Shown here in pieces: positions 11,801-24,161 of a stretch of 64,000 nucleotides of DNA (its first letter is position 1; each line of letters opens with the position of its first letter). The position numbers and the translations under genes were made by a program. Location of the stretch: contig NIVC01002200.1 in assembly GCA_002269645.1 (NCBI GenBank), positions 124,001 to 188,000 of the forward strand. The letters are read 5' to 3'. The notes below the pieces were generated by a model. That model saw only the letters and a list, made by a program, of their open reading frames with translations. It did no database searches and had not been told where the DNA came from. The stretch comes from Macrostomum lignano. Its lineage: Eukaryota.

Positions 11801-12183
11801 GAACGATCTGCAAGATTCTCCTCCCAGAGGTGCAGCAGTTTCAGCAGGCAGCACCGCAGCTCTGCAAAGTCCTCTGGCTGCAGCTGGTACAGCTGCTGAA
11901 CTGTCACCAGCTGGTCCATCAGTTTAACTAACAGCACTTCGCCTCTAAGGCTCATCGCTTCATTGGATGTCAGGTTAACAAGACGGAGTATGTCTCTAGT
12001 GGATTCACTGTGGACAATGCTGTGCAGCGCACTCAGTAGGTCAGTCAGAATCAGCTTTGATGCTTCTGGTAAGTAGCCAAATAAGGCGAGTGGCAGTGAG
12101 CCATGCCTGTCTAAGACCTCATCATCTCTATTGTTGTTGAGTGGCTGCTCCATGTCTGACATTGCAGCAATGTAGAATGCCAT
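8876..12183 (-). CDS. Uncharacterised ~483-aa protein, possible death-fold + TIR-like architecture, copy 1; exons 12183-11521, 10150-9731, 9244-8876
   Basis: Three GC-rich open segments joined by phase-0 GT..AG introns (GTG|GTGAGT, TGTCAG|GAC, CAG|GTGAGG, CCGCAG|CAG), conserved in a second copy. The gene model is fairly solid. The domain call rests only on motif resemblance (LLHLWEENLADRSSKLIRFADFLRRC; YDVCF...TIFLFVLD...RPLFFVY). Confidence 0.65.
9385..9650. repeat. 22-bp minisatellite (CCCAATCCCGATTCCCAGCATC) in intron 2 of copy 1
   Basis: About 11 tandem units of 22 nt. Confidence 0.93.
10215..11482. repeat. 21/24-bp CAG-rich minisatellite (CAGCAGTGCAGCACTCTCTCA) in intron 1 of copy 1
   Basis: Tandem units. 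Produces the AVQHSLT/VLHCCER ORFs. Confidence 0.95.
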
Positions 12184-12234
12184 TCAAGTTGGTACATAAT
12201 TGAGTTTTGTCTAAAGCAGATTGGGGTTTACTGT

Positions 12235-13130
12235 TTACATAATTCCTGTCCTGTCCGATCTCCACCTAAGGCATGACTGTATTAAAATAAATTCCTGTCC
12301 AATCCCCACCTAAGGCGTGACCATATTAAAATAAATTCCTGTCCAATCCCCACCTAAGGCGTGACCATATTAAAATAAACTCCTGTCCAATCCCCACCTA
12401 AAGTGGGACTGCATTTACCTAATTCCTGTCCGATATCTACCTAAAGTGGGACTGTATTTACCTAATTCCTGTCCGATATCTACCTAAAGTGGGACTGTAT
12501 TTACCTAATTCCTGTCCGATATCTACCTAAAGTGGGACTGTATTTACCTAATTCCTGTCCGATATCTACCTAAAGTGGGACTGTATTTACCTAATTCCTG
12601 TCCGATATCTACCTAAAGTGGGACTGTATTTACCTAATTCCTGTCCGATATCTACCTAAAGTGGGACTGTATTTACCTAATTCCTGTCCGATATCTACCT
12701 AAAGTGGGACTGCATTTACCTAATTCCTGTCCGATATCTACCTAAAGTGGGACTGTATTTACCTAATTCCTGTCCGATATCTACCTAAAGTGGGACTGTA
12801 TTTACCTAATTCCTGTCCGATATCTACCTAAAGTGGGACTGTATTTACCTAATTCCTGTCCGATATCTACCTAAAGTGGGACTGTATTTACCTAATTCCT
12901 GTCCGATATCTACCTAAAGTGGGACTGTATTTACCTAATTCCTGTCCGATATCTACCTAAAGTGGGACTGTATTTACCTAATTCCTGTCCGATATCTACC
13001 TAAAGTGGGACTGTATTTACCTAATTCCTGTCCGATATCTACCTAAAGTGGGACTGTATTTACCTAATTCCTGTCCGATATCTACCTAAAGTGGGACTGT
13101 ATTTACCTCATTCCTGTCCGACCATAACCT
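12235..13130. repeat. 44-bp units followed by a homogeneous 43-bp array (TATTTACCTAATTCCTGTCCGATATCTACCTAAAGTGGGACTG)
   Basis: Period 44 at about 12235-12410, then period 43 for about 16 near-identical units. Confidence 0.95.
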
Positions 13131-13624
13131 AAAGTCAACGTTGACGTTCAACTATATGCTTGTAATCAAAAACCACGTGGACAATATTTAACACACTATG
13201 CAGATATCTAAATGAAATAAATCAAGCCAAACAGAATTTACCTGCAAAAATGTAAAAAATCGTTGGAAAATTAGCAACCAAAAAACTGTATACTGCGTTT
13301 GCGCAGCGACTATTCAGCAGCGAATTGCGAAGTAAACGTGTACAAAAGCCTGTCACAAGTATATGTACATGGGTGAATACAATTCAGTTAAATCTAGACA
13401 TACGAATATACGCTAACAAGGTCTCATACCATTATAAATACTTTATATACAAAATCTAAAAACAATTGAAAACAAAATCAACTAATTTAAGCTGCAAGGT
13501 AATAAGTACCAAAGTTTTTTAAGTCTCCGAACCAATTCGGACTATGAGCAAGGCATAAAAGGTGCTTACGAGTACAATATAGAAAGAATTCGCCTATGTT
13601 GAGGCAACAGATAAAGGCTAGATC

Positions 13625-15002
13625 ATCGGTGATAGGGAGCGGATAAGGAACAGATATTGATACAGGGAGCGGATACTGATGCAGGGAGCGGATACTGATG
13701 CAGGGAGCGGATACTGATGCAGGGAGCGGATACTGATACAGGGAGCGGATACTGATACAGGGAGCGGATACTGATACAGGGAGCGGATATTGAGGTAAGG
13801 AACGGATACTGATGCAGGGAGCGGATACTGATACAGGGAGCGGATACTGATACAGGGAGCGGATATTGAGGTAAGGAACGGATACTGATGCAGGGAGCGG
13901 ATACTGATGCAGGGAGCGGATACTGATGCAGGGAGCGGATACTGATACAGGGAGCGGATACTGATACAGGGAGCGGATGTACTGATACAGGGAGCGGATA
14001 TTGAGGTAAGGAACGGATACTGATGCAGGGGGCGGATACTGATGCAGGGAGCGGATAATGATGCAGGGAGCGGATACTGATACAGGGAGCGGATAATGAT
14101 GCAGGGAGCGGATACTGATGCAGGGAGCGGATAATGATGCAAGGAGCGGATACTGATACAGGGAGCGGATATTGAGGTAAGGAACGGATACTGATGCAGG
14201 GGGCGGATACTGATGCAGGGAGTGGATACTGATACAGGGAGCGGATACTGATACAGGGAGCGGATATTGAGGTAAGGAACGGATACTGATGCAGGGAGCG
14301 GATACTGATACAGGGAGCGGATACTGATACAGGGAGCGGATGTACTGATACAGGGAGCGGATACTGATACAGGGAGCGGATATTGAGGTAAGGAACGGAT
14401 ACTGATGCAGGGAGCGGATACTGATACAGGGAGCAGATACTGATACAGGGAGCGGATACTGATACAGGGAGCGGATGTACTGATACAGGGAGCGGATACT
14501 GATACAGGGAGCGGATATTGAGGTAAGGAACGGATACTGATGCAGGGAGCGGATACTGATACAGGGAGCGGATACTGATACAGGGAGCGGATACTGATAC
14601 AGGGAGCGGATACTGATACAGGGAGCGGATGTACTGATACAGGGAGCGGATACTGATACAGGGAGCGGATATTGAGGTAAGGAACGGATACTGATGCAGG
14701 GAGCGGATACTGATGCAGGGAGCGGATACTGATACAGGGAGCAGATACTGATACAGGGAGCGGATACTGATACAGGGAGCGGATGTACTGATACAGGGAG
14801 CGGATACTGATACAGGGAGCGGATATTGAGGTAAGGAACGGATACTGATGCAGGGAGCGGATACTGATACAGGGAGCGGATGTTGAGGTAAGGAACGGAT
14901 ACTGATACAGGGAGCGGATACTGATGCAGGGAGCGGATACTGATGCAGGGAGCGGATACTGATGCAGGGAGCGGATACTGATGCAGGGAGCGGATACTGA
15001 GG
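13625..15002. repeat. 19-bp minisatellite (GATACTGATACAGGGAGCG) with GATATTGAGGTAAGGAACG variant units
   Basis: Tandem periodicity of 19 nt. Lies between the two paralogues. Confidence 0.96.
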
Positions 15003-15609
15003 TGTTAGCATCTGATATTATTAATTCGGGCATAATTAACCTATAACACCCTGAATGCCTTCGAACTGGAAACCAAGCAAAAAATTCAGCATTATTGACA
15101 CCAAGAACCGGATACTAGCACTAATTCCTATTAGAAAAGACAACTTGTCTATCCGTGAAAACAAACTCTAGAATACAATAAACGGGAAGACAGAAAAAAG
15201 CACTCAGACTTAGTTTCGATGATCAATAATGCAATAAAATATGAATCAATAAAGAACTAGATGACTGGATAGATTAGACACTTAAGTTATTGCATAATCT
15301 TGGAATATGAAAAGGCGCCCAGTATATGTGATACTGCACAGAGCGATCAACGAGAGAATATATTGCACACAGAAAAACTGGTTAAAAATTTCATTGCAGC
15401 ACCAAATTTCTTTATTTGATTAAAGACAGAAAGAAGCTCTAGAAATAGAAAAGGCCGTGGCCCAAAAATACTGATTCTATAAACTACATTGTTCTCCACG
15501 TGGGGTCATTCTTGCAACTGGAACTTGTTCTCCAGATGTTCTCCATTGCTGCTGAGTGGGAGGATTGTTCTCCAGATGTGAACTTGCCGTCTCAAGACTG
15601 GAACTTGTC

Positions 15610-15850
15610 TAATGTCATCAGGGTCACATATCATCCTTGCCTCATGTCATCAGGGCCACATATCATCCTTGCCTCATGTCATCTGGGCCACATATCATCC
15701 CTACCTCATGTCATCTGGGCCACATATCATCCCTACCTCATGTCATCTGGGCCACATATCATCCCTACCTCATGTCATCTGGGCCACATATCATCCCTAC
15801 CTCATGTCATCTGGGCCACATATCATCCCTACCTCATGTCATCCGGGTCA
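15610..15850. repeat. 32-bp minisatellite (CATATCATCCCTACCTCATGTCATCTGGGCCA), about 7 units
   Basis: Tandem periodicity of 32 nt. Confidence 0.92.
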
Positions 15851-15990
15851 CAGGTACTCAAGGTCACATATCCTCTAATTTGCCTCGTGTCACCCGGGCC
15901 ACATGCCACTCTCCCAGCAAAGCATCTGCCAACGCCATCACAGCCAATCAATCGAAGTTGCCCAAAAAGCAACCAATTCTAAAGTTGCTT

Positions 15991-18375
15991 TTATTCCATC
16001 GCAGCGTCTAAACGACTTAAACAGCTTATCAGATTCTGCATGGTAACAATTTCGGCTCTCCGACGCATCGCCAATTCGTTGCGACGGCCAGCTGGCCAGC
16101 CGATGAGGAGCGGGCAAAACCGGGAACATCCAACTGTTGACGTGGTTTCAGACAGGCAAACCGTCTGTCCAGGAAAGCGGAACGAGTCGATGTCGGGCCG
16201 CTTGAACAGGCCCGGCTGAAGGCTGTTCCCGAGCTCCAGCAGCCCGTCAAAGATGAGGTCGCAGTCGCGGTACACGAAGAACAGCGGCCGGCGGGTGCCC
16301 AAGCAGTGCTGCAGCAGGGACCTGGCGTGGCTGCCTTCACGGCGCAGCTCCTCGAACAGCGGCTCGTCCAGCACAAATAGGAAAATGGTTTGATGAAGCT
16401 GCTGCTCCAGTAGCTGCTGCGGGCCGATATTTACTGGATACGAATCCAAGTGCCTTAACCTTACTGGGATTTGATCCCTAGCCGTACTCTTACAATATCC
16501 ATTCCATAATCCACATTCCCAGAATCAATCCCCAATCTCAATTCCAAAATCATGAATCCAGACTTCTTCTGCAATCCCTGTTTAAAGAATCCCCATTTCC
16601 AATTCCAAACATCCCCAATCCAAATGTCCAGCAGGTCTCACCGACATCACCCAATCAGAGTAGCAAAATCCATCATCTGCAGCGAAGGTCCAGTCAGTCT
16701 CAAAGCAGACATCGTAGGGAATGAGCTCCACGCTGGCGGGCTCCGCACAGGCAATGCATTTGCCAAACTGCGGGTCCAAGTCCGCCAAACTGACGGCTCC
16801 GCTAGCGCAGATGCGCACAGCGGCGCGGCGAAGCGTCAGGCCAGCCGGCTGCGCTGGCGGCGGCGCGAAGTTCGACGGATTTGCATCTTCGAGCAGCTCG
16901 AACAGAATGACGGCCGCCAGTTCCAGACGATTTCTGTCGATCAATCCGACAAGAAAGCCGCGAACTTGGTTGCCAGCCTGCCTGCTGATGTGCTGCACCA
17001 GCTGGTCCTGACATGTGACATGGTTATTACAAGTTATTAGCAGGGGAGCGGTGAACTTGTAAGTAGCTTGAACGCAGTGCCGCACTCTCTCACAGCAGTG
17101 CAGCACTCTCACACAGCAGCAGTGCAGCACTCTCTCACAGCAGTGCAGCACTTTATAACAGCAGCAGTGCAGCACTTTATAACAGCAGCAGTGCAGCACA
17201 CTCTCACAGCAGCAGTGCAGCACTTTATCACAGCAGTGCAGCACTTGATCGCAGCAGCAGTGCAGCAATCTCTCACAGCAGTGCAGCAATCTCTCACAGC
17301 AGTGCAGCACTTTATCACAGCAGCAGTGCAGCACTCTCTCACAGCAGTGCAGCACTTTATCACAGCAGCAGTGCAGCACTCTCTCACAGCAGTGCAGCAC
17401 CCTCTCTCACAGCAGCAGTGCAGCACTCTCTCACAGCAGCAGTGCAGCACTCTCTCACAGCAGTGCAGCACTCTCTCACAGCAGCAGTGCAGCACTCTCT
17501 CACAGCAGCAGTGCAGCACTTTATAACAGCAGCAGTGCAGCACTCTCTCACAGCAGCAGTGCAGCACTCTCTCACAGCAGTGCAGCACTTTATAACAGCA
17601 GCAGTGCAGCACTCTCTCACAGCAGCAGTGCAGCACTCGCACACAGCAGCAGTGCAGCACTCGCACACAGCAGCATATCACACATGACACCATAGCACAT
17701 CATAGCACTCACCACGCTCATGCCCATTATGGTCTGAAAGTCCAGGTTCTGAACCAAGCCAATATTGACTACAAAATCGTGACCCAACACCGGGTTCTGA
17801 AGCCGAGCCAGGTACAACTTGAATAGAGATTCTCCTCTGCTACTGATGTCGCCCAGAGGAGACTGCAGTCGCCGTGCCAGCTGCACAGACTTGGCCTCTG
17901 CCAGGTGTACAAGACCGGCAAGAGACCCAGACCCGAAGCTGCGCAGGTGGTCGCAGCGCCGCAGGAAGTCAGCAAACCGAATCAGCTTGCTTGAACGATC
18001 TGCAAGATTCTCCTCCCAGAGGTGCAGCAGTTTCAGCAGGCAGCACCGCAGCTCTGCAAAGTCCTCTGGCTGCAGCTGGTACAGCTGCTGAACTGTCACC
18101 AGCTGGTCCATCAGTTTAACTAACAGCACTTCGCCTCTAAGGCTCATCGCTTCATTGGATGTCAGGTTAACAAGACGGAGTATGTCTCTAGTGGATTCAC
18201 TGTGGACAATGCTGTGCAGCGCACTCAGTAGGTCAGTCAGAATCAGCTTTGATGCTTCTGGTAAGTAGCCAAATAAGGCGAGTGGCAGTGAGCCATGCCT
18301 GTCTAAGACCTCATCATCTCTATTGTTGTTGAGTGGCTGCTCCATGTCTGACATTGCATCAATGTAGAATGCCAT
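15991..18375 (-). CDS. Uncharacterised ~484-aa protein, possible death-fold + TIR-like architecture, copy 2; exons 18375-17713, 17007-16642, 16416-15991
   Basis: Paralogue of 8876-12183 with the same intron phases. Exon 1 is nearly identical; the ends of exons 2 and 3 are divergent but open. Confidence 0.65.
17075..17672. repeat. 21/24-bp CAG-rich minisatellite in intron 1 of copy 2
   Basis: Same unit as 10215-11482, about half the length. Confidence 0.95.
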
Positions 18376-18424
18376 TCAAGTTGGTACATAATTGAGTTTT
18401 GTCTAAAGCAAATTGGGGTTTACT

Positions 18425-18622
18425 GTTTACATAATTCCTGTCCTGTCCGATCTCCACCTAAGGCATGACTGTATTAAAATAAACTCCTGTTCAATCCCCA
18501 CCTAAGGCGTGACTATATTAAAATAAATTCCTGTCCAATCCCCACCTAAGGCATGACTGTATTAAAATAAATTCCTGTCCAATCCCCACCTAAGGCGTGA
18601 CCATATTAAAATAAATTCCTAT
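18425..18622. repeat. 44-bp repeat, about 4-5 units, upstream of the copy 2 ATG
   Basis: Homologous to 12235-12410 and lacks the 43-bp expansion. Confidence 0.9.
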
Positions 18623-20744
18623 AATAATTACCTAATTTGTCCCATCTTATTTAGGGCATACCTGATGTTTAACCGTATGCTTATACATACATGCCCAACA
18701 CCCATCTAACCTATTCAAACCAGACAGATAAAATGGCTGCAGGCCAAGGTAAGTCACAAAATCAAAAATGCGAAAAACAAAAATTGGGGGGAGAAATAAA
18801 GGAGAGGAAAAGAAAAGGAAAAGAAAGGAAGGAGAAGAAGGAAAGGGAAAGAGGAGAAATAAAGAGAAGAAAAAAGAAAAGGCAAGAAAAGTCATATACA
18901 AAGTGAAAATTAAGTTGCAATTAGGGGAACTAAGTCACAATGGGGTGGAACTAAGTCCCAAATCTGGGCAAAACTAAGTTGCACTGGATGGGTGAAATTT
19001 TGAGGTTTTATGTATGTGCTTTTAAATACCAAATGGACAATATTTAATACAAATATGCAGATATTTAAATGAAATAAATCAAACAAAATAGAATTTACCT
19101 ACAAAAATATAAAAAAACTTAAAAAAGAAGCAACAAAAATGTATATTATTTTTGCCTAACAACTTTAGCAAACTGTAGCAAGTTGCAAAATAAGTGTACA
19201 AAAGCTTGTTATAAATAAGAATACATATACATGGATAAATACAATTTAGTTAAATCTATAATCTATAATATATATTAGTATATATTAACAAGTTCTGAAA
19301 GATTGGATCACAACTGGCTTATATTTAGCATATCAGTTGACTGGCTGAATTGTGTCACTATAAAACATGATTTCCATCATAAGACTGCATTAAAACTTAG
19401 AATTGATTTGGATTGAATTATTATTGCCTTTTGATTTTCTTGCCAACTTTAATAGAGAAATGATATTGACTGAGAAAATTGATTGCATTATATTTGTCTC
19501 CTATATGACTTTTACTGACTTGATTTGAGAGCAGATTTATAATATAAGTCATATAGTTCTTGTCATTGAGTGGTCAAAAGCCAGATTAGACATGAACAGG
19601 CTGAAATTTTAATATAGCAACCTGCTTTAAAATTTTGATTTTTAGAAGTTCTTTCAAAGATGAAAATAAAAAATTAATGAACAAAACAAAAAAACAAAAA
19701 CTAACAATATAAGAGCATTCTTTTAAAATGCACTAGGCATGACACAAGATGATTGGCAATACATGCTGATGGATCAACTTGGAAGAGAATCGCTGCATGT
19801 CATTATTCCGCAAGATCGCAGGCTAGGAGCTCCACTGCACTCGAAAGTTTGCTTAGTGTATCAATATGCAACCCTTTATTTGAACGCTTATAACATTATC
19901 AACAATTTTTGTACCACTTGTTTTGTTGTGTTCCTGCGTATCATTTTCTAAATATATAGTTTCCGACAGTACATCATTTTGTAATTTCGTAAAACCACCC
20001 ATTTGTTTTCAATACGGTTCTCACTTAGCTTGAAAAAATGTCTCACTTTGACTTTACTTGCAAGGCGCGCCCAAAAAGCTGGGCTGCAGCGAGGGGTAGC
20101 CATAGACAATAGTGTTTTTGCTATTCAGTCTCAGATTGCTTGAAAAATGTCTCACTTAGCATGCAAAAACCAATATCAGCCTGAGCTGAGCTGAGCCTAG
20201 GGCGTGGCTAATAAGCCAAGAAAATATTATTAGGCCTAGTTAAATAATTCATTTAGAATCTGACTTAGGTCTACCTTGGAAGTCTATCACTTCCATTGTG
20301 TTGCCATGGCTACCCATCACACTTATAATCTTCCAAATCAGTTTCACTTTCTGGCTTAAATAAATAAATTGTTCCACCTTGGGGTCGAAACAGTGTTGTC
20401 GCAGCTGGCCCGGCCGGGCCCCGAAAATACCAACACCGTATACGATCCCATCGCTATTATAATACGTCCTAAATGAAATAAAAGGTGATATTTTATTTTA
20501 TGACAGATAATTCTCCTAACTATTTAATTAAATGCAACTATTGATTGTTTTCTGTACTGAATTAGTTTTTGTTAATATGCGTCAACTTATTTGAGATGGG
20601 TGTTTTCCAGAAAAGAGATCTGGCAACGAGCTGTGCAATTCGATCACGGACACGTCAATTTATCAAATCAAGTTAGTTAGGCCTACAGGCTACATGTCCA
20701 ATCAGACTATTGTTAACTTAACTTGAAAACAATTGATATCTGAC

Positions 20745-20885
20745 ATGGAGTTACAAGAACATGTTTTAGTTACACGTGTTGATAATGTGTCGATTTTAAA
20801 GATTGGTTCGCCTCCTCAAGTTTCTGCATGTCTTTCACTGACATCATATTTTTCTGTGTTTTTTACTTCAGATGGAAGACAAATC
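20745..20885 (+). CDS. MTMR9: MTMR9-like myotubularin, exon 1 (MELQEHVLVTRVDNVSILKIG...)
   Basis: Resembles the MTMR6-9 N-terminus (M-E-x6-RVDNV). Ends at a canonical ATC|GTAAGT donor, phase 0, compatible with the acceptor at 30751. Confidence 0.75.
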
Positions 20886-21617
20886 GTAAGTAAAATTGAT
20901 TCTCTTGCTTTTCAAGTCATACTGTCTTGAAATATTAAACTCCAAAATAATTTTTAAGTAAAAAGTTATCCTAGCATTCCTAATTCAATTCGTAATCACC
21001 CATGGTCAAGAAGGTGCACCATGTGCACCGCAACAAATCCCCAGTCAAATTTTTAACTGTGCACTGTAGGCCAGGTAAAAAAGTGCATGTGCACCAAGAA
21101 AAAGAAATTTGCACCTTGTATTAGGCCTAGTAGCTAGTAGCTATTATATAGCAATGTAACAAATTATAGGTTTTGCAAAATGCATCAGTCATAAAAGAAA
21201 GCAAAAAAGCACGATTCTAAAAAAATAAATGTCCATATCATCCTCAGACTTCGATTCAGCCAGTTCACAGTTGTAGACTTAACATCCAATGAATAATCAG
21301 ACTTCTTCAAGTTTATGTTGATAAAATATTTCCAATTTTTATGAATATTAAATTAAAAAATCACAAGCAATATTAACCATTTTGCAATTATAATGTACAG
21401 TGAATATAAATAACTTTATCAAGTTGGATATTGAGTTTTGTTATAATGTCAAATAATTGCCACATTATGGTTTCCTATTTTTTAAATTTGCCATATCTAT
21501 AATGTGCTGACAAACAACTTATACATTCTGATTTGTTGCTATCTTTGCCATTGTGGTCAACATTAATCTCTTGCCAAATGAATTAGTGATATAAATAATT
21601 AATCATGTTATAAATGT

Positions 21618-23428
21618 CTTGACTTACTTGACTTAGCTGCAGGGGGGCTCTGCGCGTCCGGAAACAGTGAGGAGGCGTTGCCACCCATTTTGCTAACCCC
21701 TGGCGACCACGGGCAGCTAGTGCTGCAGTGTCACATAGGGAGTTCTGGTGGTGCTGGTGTCCGCAATACGGTCCCCCTCCGGAGAGTCCAGGAGCTGGAT
21801 GTTCGCTCGCCCAGTAGCCCTTAGGTAGCGGACGAGCTGGCAGAGATTCTCGGGCCTGAAAACGTTGGAGAGGTCCAGGTTTGGGCCAAGGTAGGTAAGC
21901 CTGTCCTGAGTAAAGGCGGGGCATTCACAGATGAAGTGCTCCGCATTCTTGATACCAGAGAGGCAGAAAGGGCATTCCTCACTGCAGATTTTCTCCTGGA
22001 GGTAACGATGCCAGGCAAAGCAGCAATGACCTGAAAGGGCCATGGTCACCACCCTGATGTCCCTGCAGTTAAGTCCAAGCAGGGCCCTGCAGGGCGGAGG
22101 AGGGACAGGGGATAGCCGCGTGGGATTGCCGGCAGTCGGGGGCGTTGGCCCACCTCTCCCTGTGCTTAGAAGCCACCCACTGGTTGATCCGAGTGGTGAC
22201 AACGGCGATGGGGGTGGGGGCCACAGGCAGGGGACCAGTGAAAGAACCAGTCGAGCCAGCCTTGGCCAGGCGATTGGCCAGCTCGTTGCCAGGGTGGCCC
22301 GAATGCCTGGGGATCCACCTTAGGGACACCTTGTTGGAGGCGCCTAAGCGGTTGAGCTGCCCAATGCAGTCAAGGACTGTATGCGAGCAGGTGGTGGTGC
22401 GCTCAAGGGCGTGAATTGCCGCTTGACTGTCCAAGTGGAGGGTAATTTCCTTCCCCCAGACGTGCTGATTGTACAGCTCCATGGCGCAGGAGCTGATGGC
22501 GAGAACTACGTTCTGGAAGACGGTGGAGCAGGTGCCAGTGTGTTGGGAGAAGGTCGCCACAGTTCTCTCTCCAGACACGATGCAGTAGCTGTATCCAGAG
22601 GCGGAGTTGATTTGGGACCCATCAGGGAAGCAGTGGATTTCATAAGGTTTCCAGTTGTCTCTCGCTTCATGGCGTGGTGGAATGCTGGTTTTGAATTTGA
22701 GCGGGGGGCAGAGCGTGGACGGGATTCCGTCTGAGAGGGTCAGCAGGCCTCTCGCTGCTTCCAGGTCTTGCAGGCTGAGGTCGCCATGTGGCCAGAGGTT
22801 CTGCTTTCTGAAGGCAAACTGCTTCTGGATTTGGACACCCGCGTCAAGCAGATGACGGGTGGTTTTCATTGCCTCCCCTCTAATAAAGAGGTCGAGGGGG
22901 GGAATGTCCAAGAAGGAGTTCATGCCAGCGAAGGGCGTAGAGGGAGCCGCGCTCATGATAGCTCGACAAGCGCGGCCTTGCACCCTATTTAAAACCTCAA
23001 GAACCCCTTTCACCTCTAGGGCACTGTTCCAAATGAAGCCGGCAAAGGAGATGGCCGGTCTAACAATGGCAGTGTGAATCAACCAGAGGCGGCGGGGGGT
23101 GAGGCCCCAGGTAGCACCGAAAGCTCTGCGGATCTGCGCGAGAGTCGCGAGAGCTTTGCGGGCTTTTGTTTGGACGTGTGGGGTCCAGCTCAACCTGTGG
23201 TCGAGGGTGACGCCCAGACATCTAGTTTGTTTCTCCATGGCAACAGGTTTGCCATAGAGGGAGAGCGGTTCGATCCTCCAGTTTCGGCGGCTAGTGAACA
23301 TGATAGCCACAGTTTTAGACTCAGAGAACCTGAGGCCGCAGCTATGTGCCCAGCGATCGGCACAGTGAATGAAGGCTTGAAGGAGGTCCCTGAGGACCGC
23401 AGGCGATGGTCCAGCCACAGTGGTGGTA
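21618..23428 (-). mobile_element. 5'-truncated I-group (I/Loa/R1-like) LINE: RT C-terminus, RNase H, CCHC knuckle
   Basis: GLRFSESKT and [14 protein letters not shown] (RT); [29 protein letters not shown] (RNase H); CPFC-x8-HFICEC. Frameshift near 22100. (TAAGTCAAG)2 tail at 21618-21635. Confidence 0.88.
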
Positions 23429-24161
23429 CACTGTAATTTTAAAAGGTCCGAAAAAGGGTCCGACGAGGGTCCGCAGTTAGGGTCCGGACCGTCGCTATAT
23501 AGGGACCCATAGGGGTCCGGTTTTTCAAGGAGGTCCATAATTAGGGGTCCGAAAAAAGGTCCACGATGGTCCGTTCTTAGGGATCCATTTTAGGGTCCGC
23601 AGCGTCGCTATATATGGACCCTCAAAAGAGGGGTCCGAAAAAAGGTCCACGATGGTCCGTTCTTAAGGGTCCATTTTAGGGTCCGCAGCATTGCTATAAA
23701 CGGACCCTCAAAAGAGGGGTCCAAAAAATGGTCCACTTTTTCAGGTCGCTCACGCTCCTTTTTATTATACAGAAAGAGCCCGCCAAAAGGAAAAAATGAA
23801 AAAGGCGAATACTATTTCCCAAAAACGAGTTGTAGGAGGCAGCAATCTGTAGGCTTTGCTAATCAGGTATTGGCAATTGCAAAGATAATGATGTTTGCAA
23901 TTCTTATATTATATTACTAATTTTGTACTATGCATAATGTATTGCCACAATGGCAAAAACCATTAGAATAGGTGTTCTATAATTCAACACAACACCTAAT
24001 TCAAAATTGTGTCACTTACACGCAACATACAAATAGGAAGGGAAAGTGAAAAATACGGCAAGCTTTAAGAACAGGTAGCATCTGCAAGACGTGAAAGTGG
24101 AGAAGACGACACACAATACACAAATAGGAAGGGAAAGTGGAAAATCAGTTGTAAATGTCAG

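Noticed and set aside
12410-13130. Regular 43-bp array superficially like a CRISPR
   Set aside because: The units are identical end to end with no unique spacers, there are no cas genes, and the context is eukaryotic.
18641-18991. Insertion in copy 2 with CCCATC...GATGGG ends and AACTAAGT repeats
   Set aside because: Only a 6-bp inverted match and no TSD. Possibly a TE remnant, but not supportable.
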